Source: an uncultured Pseudomonadota bacterium (GTDB lineage Bacteria > Pseudomonadota > Alphaproteobacteria > RF32 > CAG-239). Taken from it: 64,000 nucleotides of DNA. Where the stretch lies: contig CASEQD010000002.1 of the NCBI GenBank assembly GCA_949289935.1, forward strand, positions 1,847 to 65,846. The letters are read 5' to 3'. A program made the translations under genes and the position numbers. Positions 44,108 to 52,668 of this stretch are shown in pieces. Every line of letters begins with the position of its first letter. Within the stretch, counting starts at the first letter, position 1. The notes beneath the pieces were generated by a model. It was not told where the DNA came from, did no database searches, and saw nothing but the letters and a program-made list of their open reading frames with translations.

Positions 44108-44926
44108 CTAAAACTTGATTATAGGGCGAATGCTACTGTAAGTGTGTTTGCCGTCGGCATAGAAGTTGGAATTGCTCAAAGACAAGCGCCAAGCCCATCC
44201 AGTTGTGGAGCCATATTCGGATGATGACCACCAGGAATTGTTGCCGATGTTTTCTTTGTTGATTCTGGTTAAACTTTGATCAATGGCTGTTTTATTTTGG
44301 TTAATACTGTTTAACACACCGCCGGCCGGCAAACACCATTTACCCTTTGTTTCCGGCATGGTTGATGGGGCATAGTTGTATACCTCCCAGAATGCCGGAT
44401 AATAATTTGAAGCATAGTCTCCGTATTGTTTGTAACTGTAATCAATAACTGTTTTCGTATTCTCACAGCTGTCAAAATCGTTTGTTGGCTCACTGCTGTA
44501 ATTTGGTAAATCAGGAATTTTGACAGATTCTGTTGACCAGTAGAAATTTCCCAGTCCTTCTAGCGCCAGAGCCTGGCCGCAGCCGTTTTCGCCGATATAA
44601 ACAACAATGCCGACCGGCTCAACTCCGCTGACACGGTAGTCCGAACAGCTGCCATCAATATTTAAGATTTGCCCGATTTTGCAGTTTTTGGCATAACCGG
44701 TACATTGGCCGAGAATGGCTCCTTCAGGTTTTGCAGGTTCGGGACATGCCCAATATTCACCGAACGGACATTTAATACCGTTATCACATGCTGTTGTCGA
44801 ATCGTAGCCTAATGCCGCACAGTTTTCATTTTCCACACACTGGGCAAAAGCGGAAATGGGGAACATAAAAGAAGAAGCCAGCAAGGTAAAATATATCCTT
44901 TTGCCGGCGGAAAGAATCACACGCAT
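44108..44926 (-). CDS. secreted Cys-rich DUF1566/Lcl-C-like protein, paralog C (intact)
   Basis: MRVILSAGKRIYFTLLASSFMFPISAFA-QCVENENCAALGYDSTTACDNGIKCPFGEYWACPEP..., GIVVYIGENGCGQALALEGLG..YWS, KGKWCLPAGGVLNSI, WWSSSEYGSTTGWAW...IRPIIKF. It is colinear with paralog A. Confidence 0.6.
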   Translation of the reverse strand: MRVILSAGKRIYFTLLASSFMFPISAFAQCVENENCAALGYDSTTACDNGIKCPFGEYWACPEPAKPEGAILGQCTGYAKNCKIGQILNIDGSCSDYRVSGVEPVGIVVYIGENGCGQALALEGLGNFYWSTESVKIPDLPNYSSEPTNDFDSCENTKTVIDYSYKQYGDYASNYYPAFWEVYNYAPSTMPETKGKWCLPAGGVLNSINQNKTAIDQSLTRINKENIGNNSWWSSSEYGSTTGWAWRLSLSNSNFYADGKHTYSSIRPIIKF

Positions 44927-45002
44927 TTCATCCTCCACACTTTATTACACTGATTTTAGTGTAGCATGGATTTTGTTATATGTAAATCATTAATTTCATA
45001 CA
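44735..45002 (-). repeat. conserved 5' module of the secreted-protein family, copy C
   Basis: The reverse complement aligns with 10861-11145. The promoter is TTTACA-17-TACACT, followed by a GGAGG RBS and signal-peptide codons almost identical to copies A and B. Confidence 0.8.
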
Positions 45003-45043
45003 AAGGTGAAAAAAATGAAGAGGATTTTTTTGAATCATACCCC

Positions 45044-45151
45044 TCTTCAATTCCGACTAATTCTTTTGGAGGGAGTGGTACTACTCCCTCCAAAAGGAAA
45101 GTCTCATTGCGTCTCCTTGCCAAAAGCAACGTTAGTTGCTTTTAGCTTCGG
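45044..45151. repeat. 108-bp hairpin-rich insertion relative to the homologous locus at 19455-19500 (MITE- or palindromic-element-like)
   Basis: The flanks CATACCCC and CCGCCTCCCCTACTCAGGGGAGG are contiguous at locus B (one intervening nt). The insert holds a perfect 13-bp-stem hairpin (45064-45095) and a perfect 9-bp-stem hairpin (45122-45143). Confidence 0.6.
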
Positions 45152-45154
45152 CCG

Positions 45155-45174
45155 CCTCCCCTACTCAGGGGAGG
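45155..45174. repeat. perfect hairpin CCTCCCCT-ACTC-AGGGGAGG (second copy)
   Basis: Identical to 19499-19518. A related CCTAGGGGAGGAG follows at about 45192-45204. Confidence 0.85.
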
Positions 45175-45396
45175 AGAAAGTGTGGAGCCCTACCTAGGGG
45201 AGGAGACAAATCAGATAATTTGTTTTTACGGATGTTTTATCCGAGAAATCCCCGGGATGAGCCCGGGGATGACGATATTGATGATTGTTTTTTTGGGACA
45301 GGATGTTTTCTTTTCCTTCCCTATTTTTGACTGTCCAATTTTTCGGGGAACAGTTCAGCGTTTTTCGGGGGATGTCCTGAAAACAAACAGTTTGAA

Positions 45397-46017
45397 TTAA
45401 TATTCGTGGATGTAGTCGTTATTTACCACATACATGTTCAGATATTGATTGATGTTGGCTTCCATGCTGCGGTTGAATTCGTTGAATAGCTTGTAAACCA
45501 TGTTGTTCCATTGTTTTTCTTTTTCTTCAATATCTGCATCGGCATTCATGGTTAATTCCCGCCAGGCTTCAATGCTGGTTTCCGCGCTGCTTTGGGACTG
45601 CGGATCGCTGATTTTGAGTGTTGCGGAAAGGCGGGCGTGATATCTGATGCGGTCTTTGGTAAAGACTTCTGTTGATTTTATCGGTTCTTCGGTAACGCTG
45701 GCGTCTTTGATGATGAATTTTGCGACTTTGTCGGAGCTGAAGTCAACGGCTTCCAAGCGGTCTCTGGCCCAGATGCGGGCGGTTTTTTCAATAGAAACGG
45801 GGAAAAGGTGTTCAACATTCGGACTTTTGAATGAAGGCGTGAATTCGGAAATAACTTCGATTTTGTTGACTTTCAGGCGAATGAGTTCCTGGTCGGCAAA
45901 ACGGGGTTCTTCATAGCGCCGGGGTTCGGCTTCGTTGTCCTGAAAATGAGTGCAGGCCGGAAAAACCAGCAACAGGGACATGATTGTGAAAAGTTTTTTC
46001 AACATGATTTTTTCCAA
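45397..46017 (-). CDS. putative lipoprotein
   Basis: Signal peptide with LLLVFPAC lipobox. No family was recognised. Confidence 0.45.
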   Translation of the reverse strand: MEKIMLKKLFTIMSLLLVFPACTHFQDNEAEPRRYEEPRFADQELIRLKVNKIEVISEFTPSFKSPNVEHLFPVSIEKTARIWARDRLEAVDFSSDKVAKFIIKDASVTEEPIKSTEVFTKDRIRYHARLSATLKISDPQSQSSAETSIEAWRELTMNADADIEEKEKQWNNMVYKLFNEFNRSMEANINQYLNMYVVNNDYIHEY

Positions 46018-46067
46018 TATTTTTTATTAATTTGGATTCAGGGTAACAATTATAAATTAATAAATGG

Positions 46068-46985
46068 TTATTGTTTTAATAATTCCCCTTTTTCAAAACT
46101 GTATTTTTTACCGCAGAAATTGCATTCGGCATTTATTTTTCCTTTTTCGGTCAGAGAAGCCAGTTCCTGTTCGGAGATTCCACTCAGAACGGTTTGAAGT
46201 TTTTCACGGCTGCAGCGACAGCCGAAGCGATATTCTTTGTTTGGTTCGACGGAAAGGCCGTTGGCATGATAAAGACGGTGAAGAATTTGTTCCGAGGTTA
46301 GGTCGTCGTTGAAAATTTCATCTTCTTTCAAACTGTTAAGGAATATGACAGCTTCTTCCCATAGGGCAGCAATGTCTGTTTCCGAGCTAATTTTTCCGCC
46401 GGTTTCCGGGAGTTTTTGAAGAAGTATTCCGGCTGCTTTCCATGCGGGATTTTCAGAATCGGGATGTTTGAGATACAGACGGATAACCGTATCAATTTGT
46501 TCAGACTGGCGGAAATAGCGTTCGGCACATTCGGCCAGAGTTTTTCCCTGAATGTCGACAATTCCCTGATGCATTTTGTCTGCGCCGCCCTGATCGACGG
46601 TGAAGGCCAGATATCCGTGTCCGAGAAAATGCGGTGTTTCTTCATATTCGTCTTCGGTTTTGCGCAGTTTTTTTGCTTTTTCGATGCGCTCGTTATCGTA
46701 TGAGGCTGAGGCACGGATGGTTCCGTCCGAGGTTATGTCAACAACAACCATGCCGACGGGGCCGTCGCTTTTGGTTTGAAGAGTGAAAATGCCGTCGTAT
46801 TTCAGGGCACTGGAAAGCAGAGCCGCTAAAGCGGCGCTTTCGGCAATTATGCCGGCGGCAACATCCGGATATGCGCGGCGGGAGAAAATTTCCCCGATGA
46901 CATTATCAAGCCGGACAAAACGGCCGAAGAAAGCGTTGTTGTTGATGTGAAAAGATACACAAGCATCATAATTTGACTTAACCAA
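46068..46985 (-). CDS. hslO: Hsp33 family redox-regulated chaperone
   Basis: FTLQTKSDGPVGMVVVD core and a C-terminal zinc motif CRCSREK...ECNFCGKKY. The TTG start at 46985 was chosen. The ORF-track extension to 47219 overlaps recX and has no Hsp33-like sequence. Confidence 0.85.
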   Translation of the reverse strand: MVKSNYDACVSFHINNNAFFGRFVRLDNVIGEIFSRRAYPDVAAGIIAESAALAALLSSALKYDGIFTLQTKSDGPVGMVVVDITSDGTIRASASYDNERIEKAKKLRKTEDEYEETPHFLGHGYLAFTVDQGGADKMHQGIVDIQGKTLAECAERYFRQSEQIDTVIRLYLKHPDSENPAWKAAGILLQKLPETGGKISSETDIAALWEEAVIFLNSLKEDEIFNDDLTSEQILHRLYHANGLSVEPNKEYRFGCRCSREKLQTVLSGISEQELASLTEKGKINAECNFCGKKYSFEKGELLKQ

Positions 46986-47054
46986 TTGTTTTTTCCTTTC
47001 TATAATACTTATAATATTTGTTATTATGTCAAACTTAAACCATAGCAGGAGATT

Positions 47055-47612
47055 TTGCAAGTGTCTGAAGAGTTGAAGGAAACAAAAAGAAAAGTGTTGA
47101 AGAAAATTACCAAACAGCGCTTGAAAAATATTGCGTTGTATTATCTGGAGCGGTTTGAATCCTCGACGGAAAACCTGCGTTCCGTATTGCAGCGGCGGAT
47201 TAATGATTATGTTTATCAAAACAAAGAGTATAATCCGGAAGAGGCTTTGGAATGGGTTGAAGAAATTTTAGGTGATTTTCAACGCTGCGGTTATTTGGAT
47301 GACGGTCGTTTTGCCGAAATGAAGATAAGGGATTATCTGGCGGCGGGAAAGTCGGAAACGTATATCCGGGCAAAAATGGCAGTTAAAGGGGTTGACGGCG
47401 CCGTTGTTGACATGGTTTTGTCCGAACAGGCTTTTGATCCGTATGAGAATGCCATGAGGCTGGCAAAAAAGAAGAAAATAGGTCCGTACCGTCCGGAGGC
47501 GGAACGAAAAGATTTTTATCAGAAAGATATGGCCGTTCTGGCGCGCGCCGGTTTTGATTATGATGTGTCCAGGCGGGTTATGGACGGCGAAATTCAGTAT
47601 TCGACGTTATAG
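47055..47612 (+). CDS. recX: regulatory protein RecX
   Basis: RLKNIALYYLERFESSTENLRSVLQRR, a three-helical-repeat pattern of about 180 aa. The start codon is uncertain (TTG 47055 or GTG 47061). Confidence 0.7.
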   Translation: MQVSEELKETKRKVLKKITKQRLKNIALYYLERFESSTENLRSVLQRRINDYVYQNKEYNPEEALEWVEEILGDFQRCGYLDDGRFAEMKIRDYLAAGKSETYIRAKMAVKGVDGAVVDMVLSEQAFDPYENAMRLAKKKKIGPYRPEAERKDFYQKDMAVLARAGFDYDVSRRVMDGEIQYSTL

Positions 47613-48334
47613 AGATATAAGCCACAGGCGGGGGCTGTCGGTCCGGCGGTTTTGCGGTCTTTGGCATCGAGAATTTTTTTTACATCATTTGGAGACAGGT
47701 GTCCGTCACCAACCATTTTCAGTGTGCCGACAATGTTGCGAACCTGATGGTGGAGAAAAGACCGGGCTTCAACATAAAAAACAATTTCTTCGCCGTCTGG
47801 AGTTATTTCTATTTTATCCAGTGTTTTTAAAGGGGATTTTGCCTGGCAGGCCGCGGCGCGGAATGAGGTGAAATCGTGATGTCCGATCAGATGTTCCGCC
47901 CCTTTACGCATAAGAGAAACATTTAGCGGCACCGGCACCCACCAGACTTTGTTTTTTAAGACGGGGGACGGGGCGCGCCGGTTGAGAATCCGGTAAATAT
48001 ATGATCTTTTCCGGGCAGAAAAACGGGCATGAAACTTGTCATCTGCGGCTTCGACCTCCAAAACAGATACGGGAGCGTTTTGAGCCAGAAGGTTGCCGTT
48101 AAAGGCTTCTCTTATTTTCCAAGGTTCCATTGTGCGGTTTAAATCAATGTGGGCAACCTGTTTTAAGGCATGGACTCCGGCATCGGTTCTGCCTGCGGAA
48201 ATGATTTCGCGGTGTTCTCCGTTTATTTTATCCAGAATGTCTTCCAGATATTGTTGTACGCTGGGGCCGTCAAGCTGTCTTTGCCAGCCGAGGATTCCGG
48301 TTCCGTCGTATTCAATAATGAGTTTGTAACGCAT
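47594..48334 (-). CDS. truA: tRNA pseudouridine(38-40) synthase TruA
   Basis: MRYKLIIEYDGTGILGWQRQ, SAGRTDAGVHALKQVAHIDL. Confidence 0.9.
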   Translation of the reverse strand: MRYKLIIEYDGTGILGWQRQLDGPSVQQYLEDILDKINGEHREIISAGRTDAGVHALKQVAHIDLNRTMEPWKIREAFNGNLLAQNAPVSVLEVEAADDKFHARFSARKRSYIYRILNRRAPSPVLKNKVWWVPVPLNVSLMRKGAEHLIGHHDFTSFRAAACQAKSPLKTLDKIEITPDGEEIVFYVEARSFLHHQVRNIVGTLKMVGDGHLSPNDVKKILDAKDRKTAGPTAPACGLYLYNVEY

Positions 48335-48340
48335 GTTTTT

Positions 48341-48374
48341 TCTAAAATCAGAGGGGCTTTGTTTTCAGCCCCTC
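48341..48374 (-). terminator. putative terminator of the oxidoreductase gene
   Basis: GAGGGGCT / AGCCCCTC 8-bp stem. The minus-strand downstream sequence is T-rich (TGATTTTAG). Confidence 0.4.
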
Positions 48375-48406
48375 AGCGTATATGAAGTTGTCTTTTTTTG
48401 CAAGTT

Positions 48407-49426
48407 TTATTCTGCAGCAACGGCAAAGGAATTGTCCGCCGCCTGATTAAAACCCAGGCAATTTTGAACTTTCCATAAAACGCGCAGCGCTTCTAATGCG
48501 TTTTCACCGCTAATCCGCGGAGAAGCTTTGCCATTGATGCATGCCGCAAAGTGATTCAGTTCGGCCTGGAGAGGCTGGTTGGTCGGAATAAACAATTGTT
48601 CGACACTTCCTTTTAGCCCGTAATTCATCCATTCGGGAATTTCTTCCTGGTTAACATAGGGCATGCGTCCCTGCGAATGAACATTAATGCTCTGGCTGAT
48701 GAAGTCCATGTCAATGTAGTTTGTGGCCGTGGTGACCGTTAATGTTCTGACTCTCGCCTGAGTAATGCGGCTGGCCGTGAGATTTGCCGTTACGCCGTTT
48801 TCAAATTCAAGCAATGCGGTGATGTAATCTTTTCCGGACGGATGATCCGGTGTTTTGACAGCTGAGGCCTGAACTTTTACAACTTTGCTTTTTACCAGAG
48901 ACAGAATGACTTCTATGTCGTGAATCATTAAATCCATGGCAACATCGACATCGGTGATGCGCCCGGAAGCCGCGGACATTCTTTGTGCGGTGAGCGAACG
49001 AATCATTGAAGTGTCGTTTAAGATTTTGTGCATCTGTTCAACGGCCGGGTTGAACTGTTCTATATGTCCGACGAGAAGGACGACGTTGTTGTTTTTTGCG
49101 GCATTAATCAGCCTCAGACAACCTTCCTCAGTTGTGGCCAGGGGTTTTTCCATCAGGCAATGAATGCCTTTGTTCAGAAAAAATTCGCCGACATCGGCAT
49201 GTGTTACCGAAGTGGTAACAACGCTCACGGCGTCAACTTCCGCTGCCACTTCTTCCAGGGATGAAAAGGCTTTAATTCCGAACATTTCGGCGGCAGCTTT
49301 GGCGGCTTCGGGAAATATGTCATACACGCCGACCAAATCAATCCCCTGAAGGGTTTTGTATGTTTTGATGTGGTTTTTTCCCATCATTCCGGCGCCGATA
49401 ACCGCTACTTTGATGTTATTAGTCAT
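48407..49426 (-). CDS. Gfo/Idh/MocA family oxidoreductase
   Basis: KVAVIGAGMMGKNH Rossmann motif, MEKPLA motif, 339 aa. Confidence 0.8.
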   Translation of the reverse strand: MTNNIKVAVIGAGMMGKNHIKTYKTLQGIDLVGVYDIFPEAAKAAAEMFGIKAFSSLEEVAAEVDAVSVVTTSVTHADVGEFFLNKGIHCLMEKPLATTEEGCLRLINAAKNNNVVLLVGHIEQFNPAVEQMHKILNDTSMIRSLTAQRMSAASGRITDVDVAMDLMIHDIEVILSLVKSKVVKVQASAVKTPDHPSGKDYITALLEFENGVTANLTASRITQARVRTLTVTTATNYIDMDFISQSINVHSQGRMPYVNQEEIPEWMNYGLKGSVEQLFIPTNQPLQAELNHFAACINGKASPRISGENALEALRVLWKVQNCLGFNQAADNSFAVAAE

Positions 49427-49567
49427 AAAATTTTCCTTGGTTTGTTAGGATACTTTATAAAGTGATTTACTTATAGCAAAAAAACTGCTAAAAAGCATTT
49501 AAAATGATGTTACAATTTGTTACAGACAGCAATAAAGACAGTGCAGGCTTTGAGCAGGGAGAGAAAA

Positions 49568-51358
49568 ATGGTTGGGCTGATAAGTAAATGCTGTATCGGA
49601 GCGGCGCTTTTGTTTTTGACCGGCGCCTGCGGGGCCGAATCTGTCAGGAATCCGGAAACGGTTTTGCCGAAAGAAAAACTTTCCTGCGAGCTGCCGACTA
49701 CTCCGGAAGCCCCAAAGGGAAAAACAGATGTTTATGATGCCATGGCCAGAGCCGCAAAATATAATGTCGGCGTTATGGTTGAAAAAATGTATGCAAAAAT
49801 ATACAGTCTTAATTCCAGTGTTCCGCCGACGGAAATTATTGATAACCTGCTTAGTTCCAGTACCGGTCAGGACAACAAGGTTTATAACGGCATAAGGGCG
49901 CTTGACTACGCCATAGCCTATGCTTCCGCCGGTGTGTCAAGCCAGCCGCAGGCCGTCCATGACGATATTTTGGAAAAATCTGCACAAAATCTTGCTCTGG
50001 CCGCCATCAAGTCTCATAACGACATGTTGTTTGTGGAAAGAAAAGACCGTGACGTGTTGAAGATGATTTCGGATGTCAGAAAGCAGCTTTCCGAGCTTGA
50101 GCGTCGTCAGGACAGCAATGGTTTTTTGCGGGAGGAAGAAGCTGAGTTGAAAAAGGCTTTGGAAGTCAGCCTGTATAAGTTAAACGGGTTTCATGATTTG
50201 TTTTTGGCGCGGCAAATCGAGTATCGCAGTCTGATTAAAGATAAAAGGGAAAAGCCGGAACTTGACGGGCGCAAGTTTTATGAACTTGATAAGTTTGACA
50301 GCAGGCTGACGGCGGCGGTGTTTGAGCAGTCGGCGCTGCGTTACCGGCATGAATTTAAAGAAATGAAAAAACTTAAGGATTATTCCTACAATTCGGTTTT
50401 TCGTTATATGACGCTTTCTTTTGACAACAGCCACCGGCTGGATGTTAACGGTTATGAGCAAAATAATCCGCTGTTTGTCGACAGTTTGCAAAAGCAGGCC
50501 GAAACAATGGCTCATAAACTGGCGGATGCTGTCGGCGCTTATCAAAACGCTAAATCGGAAGACCAGCGTTTCAGGCAAAAAGAAGTGGTTTATGATGATC
50601 TTGCCGCAGCAATTTTTACACAAATCGAATTGGCATATAATATGCTCAAAATGATAGAACTTGATTTGGAAAATGTTGATAAACAGATTAAAAGCCTGAA
50701 GAAAGAAACGGCGCTGCTCAAAAACCGCAGTCTGAATTATTCCCAGAAAATGGAACTGTTGGAAAAACAAACGAATTTGGTTTCTCTGGAAATGACCCGG
50801 AGTCAGATTGTCGGAGAAAGAGCCGTTGCCATTCGGGCTTTATTCTTTTATGCCGGGTATGCGCCGTTTAATTGTCCGACACTGATGCTGCCGCCGGCAA
50901 GCATAGCCAGAATTTTAAAAGAAGGATTTCAACGGGATGTTGTTAAAATGCTGGCAGAAATGCCCATCCGTCCGGAAGCAGTTCCGGAAAATATTAACGA
51001 ATGGGCAAGGGGAGACAACTGGCTGGAGAATCTGATGTCCGAAAAAGAGGATGATTTGCCCCGGACAGATGATGAAGCACCGAAGCCTCAAAGCGAATAT
51101 GATTTATATACAGGCGAGGAATATAACAGCAAACAGGTTATGCAGCTCGGCGCTTATCAAAATGTGCGGAATGCCAAAGCAGACTGGAATGTGCTGACTG
51201 AAGTTTATCCTCAGTTGAGGCGTTATAAACCGGTGATTATCAGGACAGAAAGCCGCGGCCGGATGCTGAATCATCTGGTTATTCAGTCCAAAAACGGCGG
51301 TTTTCGCGATTTGTGCAATGAACTGCGCCGGGATAAAGTTCCCTGTATTTTAAAATAA
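49568..51358 (+). CDS. lipoprotein with a long helical (TolC/OEP-like?) region and a C-terminal SPOR domain
   Basis: Lipobox LFLTGAC. The N-terminal DVYDAMARAAKYNVGV resembles the start of outer-membrane-efflux repeats. The C-terminal QVMQLGAYQNVRNAKADWNVLTEVYPQL...HLVIQSKNGGFRDLCNEL fits the SPOR pattern. Confidence 0.45.
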   Translation: MVGLISKCCIGAALLFLTGACGAESVRNPETVLPKEKLSCELPTTPEAPKGKTDVYDAMARAAKYNVGVMVEKMYAKIYSLNSSVPPTEIIDNLLSSSTGQDNKVYNGIRALDYAIAYASAGVSSQPQAVHDDILEKSAQNLALAAIKSHNDMLFVERKDRDVLKMISDVRKQLSELERRQDSNGFLREEEAELKKALEVSLYKLNGFHDLFLARQIEYRSLIKDKREKPELDGRKFYELDKFDSRLTAAVFEQSALRYRHEFKEMKKLKDYSYNSVFRYMTLSFDNSHRLDVNGYEQNNPLFVDSLQKQAETMAHKLADAVGAYQNAKSEDQRFRQKEVVYDDLAAAIFTQIELAYNMLKMIELDLENVDKQIKSLKKETALLKNRSLNYSQKMELLEKQTNLVSLEMTRSQIVGERAVAIRALFFYAGYAPFNCPTLMLPPASIARILKEGFQRDVVKMLAEMPIRPEAVPENINEWARGDNWLENLMSEKEDDLPRTDDEAPKPQSEYDLYTGEEYNSKQVMQLGAYQNVRNAKADWNVLTEVYPQLRRYKPVIIRTESRGRMLNHLVIQSKNGGFRDLCNELRRDKVPCILK

Positions 51359-51427
51359 TTTGTTTGTCAAACAATATATTTTCGGGTATGATAAACAGAG
51401 GCTGTAAGTTTGAAAGTGTTTTGATAT

Positions 51428-52594
51428 ATGTCAGATGATAATAAAACGAATGATTTGACGGAAAAGAACACGGCAGAGGACGGGGTTTGTCATTGGCGCG
51501 CTGTTTCCAGAGAGGAAAACAGCGATGCTTCTCCGGTTGCAGAATACTCTGAAACTCCGGCTTCTGAAAGCAGAACAGAAAGTGTTTTGGCAGATGTTTC
51601 CAATGAGGCATCCGAGAAAGAAGACGGCAGTGTTGTTTACAGCAATGCTGTTTTGAGCGGGCGGAATTTTTCGGGCGCCGATTTGACAGGCGCCGATTTT
51701 TCCGGAGCCGATTTGACAGGCGCTGATTTTTCCGGTGCAATTTTGAAAGATGTTAATTTTGCGGGCGCCGATTTGACAGGCGCCGATTTTTCCGGAGCCG
51801 ATTTGACAGGCGCTGATTTTTCCGGTGCAATTTTGAAAGATGTTAATTTTGCGGGCGCTAATTTGGAAGGCGTCAAATTGTCCGGTGCGGATATAGAGGG
51901 CGCCGTTTTTCGGGAAATACGCATTGATGAGTTGGGAACCGGGGAATTGCAGGCATTGATAGAATATCTGGCAAAATATTATCCTCATAAACTTAATCTG
52001 AGTAAAATAAATCTGCAGTTGTTGGATTTGACGCGAATAGATTTGACGCAGCTTGATTTGCGCGGTGCGGATTTTACGGGTGTGGATTTTACGGGAGTCA
52101 ATATTACCGGGCTGGATTTGAGTTCGTGCATTATTACACCGGCTCAAATCGCTCAGGCTTTGGGACGAACGCCCAGTCAGAGCGAATTGGCGAAAATTTT
52201 GCCACCACGGAAAAAAAACGGAAAAGGGCAGGATTGGACAATCGACTGGCAGGATTTTTTTCTGAATGACCGGGAAATCGGCGTGTGGGATACAACCAAA
52301 GACAGTGGCTTTGATATAGACAAGATGGTAAAAACAGGGCGGAAAGTTTTTAGCAAAGAAGCTGCCAAACCCCGGCTTAAGGAGGGAAAAGGAAAAATTC
52401 GCTCCGAAAGAGAAGCCCGGGAAAAAGAACATAATGAAAAAATGCGGGAAATTATTGAAAAAAACAAGCAAGCCGTTTTGGAAGCCCGAAAAGAACAAAA
52501 AAAAGAATTTGAAGAACAAAGACAATCCGAAGATCAGGGAAAATATGAACTTGATATTTCCCTGATGCATTCGCGCGGCAGTCATGAGCGTTGA
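51428..52594 (+). CDS. pentapeptide-repeat protein with an acidic N-terminus and a Lys/Glu-rich C-terminus
   Basis: Runs of A(D/N)L(T/S)GA(D/I)FSGA pentapeptide units over aa 75-160 and again at 195-240. Confidence 0.8.
   Translation: MSDDNKTNDLTEKNTAEDGVCHWRAVSREENSDASPVAEYSETPASESRTESVLADVSNEASEKEDGSVVYSNAVLSGRNFSGADLTGADFSGADLTGADFSGAILKDVNFAGADLTGADFSGADLTGADFSGAILKDVNFAGANLEGVKLSGADIEGAVFREIRIDELGTGELQALIEYLAKYYPHKLNLSKINLQLLDLTRIDLTQLDLRGADFTGVDFTGVNITGLDLSSCIITPAQIAQALGRTPSQSELAKILPPRKKNGKGQDWTIDWQDFFLNDREIGVWDTTKDSGFDIDKMVKTGRKVFSKEAAKPRLKEGKGKIRSEREAREKEHNEKMREIIEKNKQAVLEARKEQKKEFEEQRQSEDQGKYELDISLMHSRGSHER
51673..51852 (+). repeat. perfect 90-bp tandem duplication (2 units) inside the pentapeptide-repeat gene
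   Basis: 51673-51762 is identical to 51763-51852 by direct reading. It is in frame and adds 30 aa, which is six pentapeptide units. Confidence 0.9.
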
Positions 52595-52668
52595 TTGTTC
52601 CAACAAGTTTCGTGCTTGAAGTTTAAATTAATTTTAGGTATGATGTCCGGTATCGGGGAACAGGCCGG

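Noticed and set aside
46986-47219. N-terminal extension of the Hsp33 ORF to 383 aa (ORF track 46068-47219)
   Set aside because: The extension overlaps recX on the opposite strand and has no Hsp33-like sequence. Homology to Hsp33 begins right after the in-frame TTG at 46985.
51660-51900. Regularly spaced short DNA repeats that could be mistaken for a CRISPR array
   Set aside because: The periodicity is 15 or 90 nt inside an open reading frame that encodes pentapeptide repeats. There are no unique spacers, no leader and no cas genes.
51431-52606. 391-aa minus-strand ORF covering the whole pentapeptide-repeat gene
   Set aside because: It is a mirror image of a strongly repetitive + strand gene. 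Its sequence is low-complexity (IGACQIGSGKI...) with no RBS or start context. The + strand product has the canonical A(D/N)LxGA(D/N)F pentapeptide pattern. I treat it as a shadow ORF.
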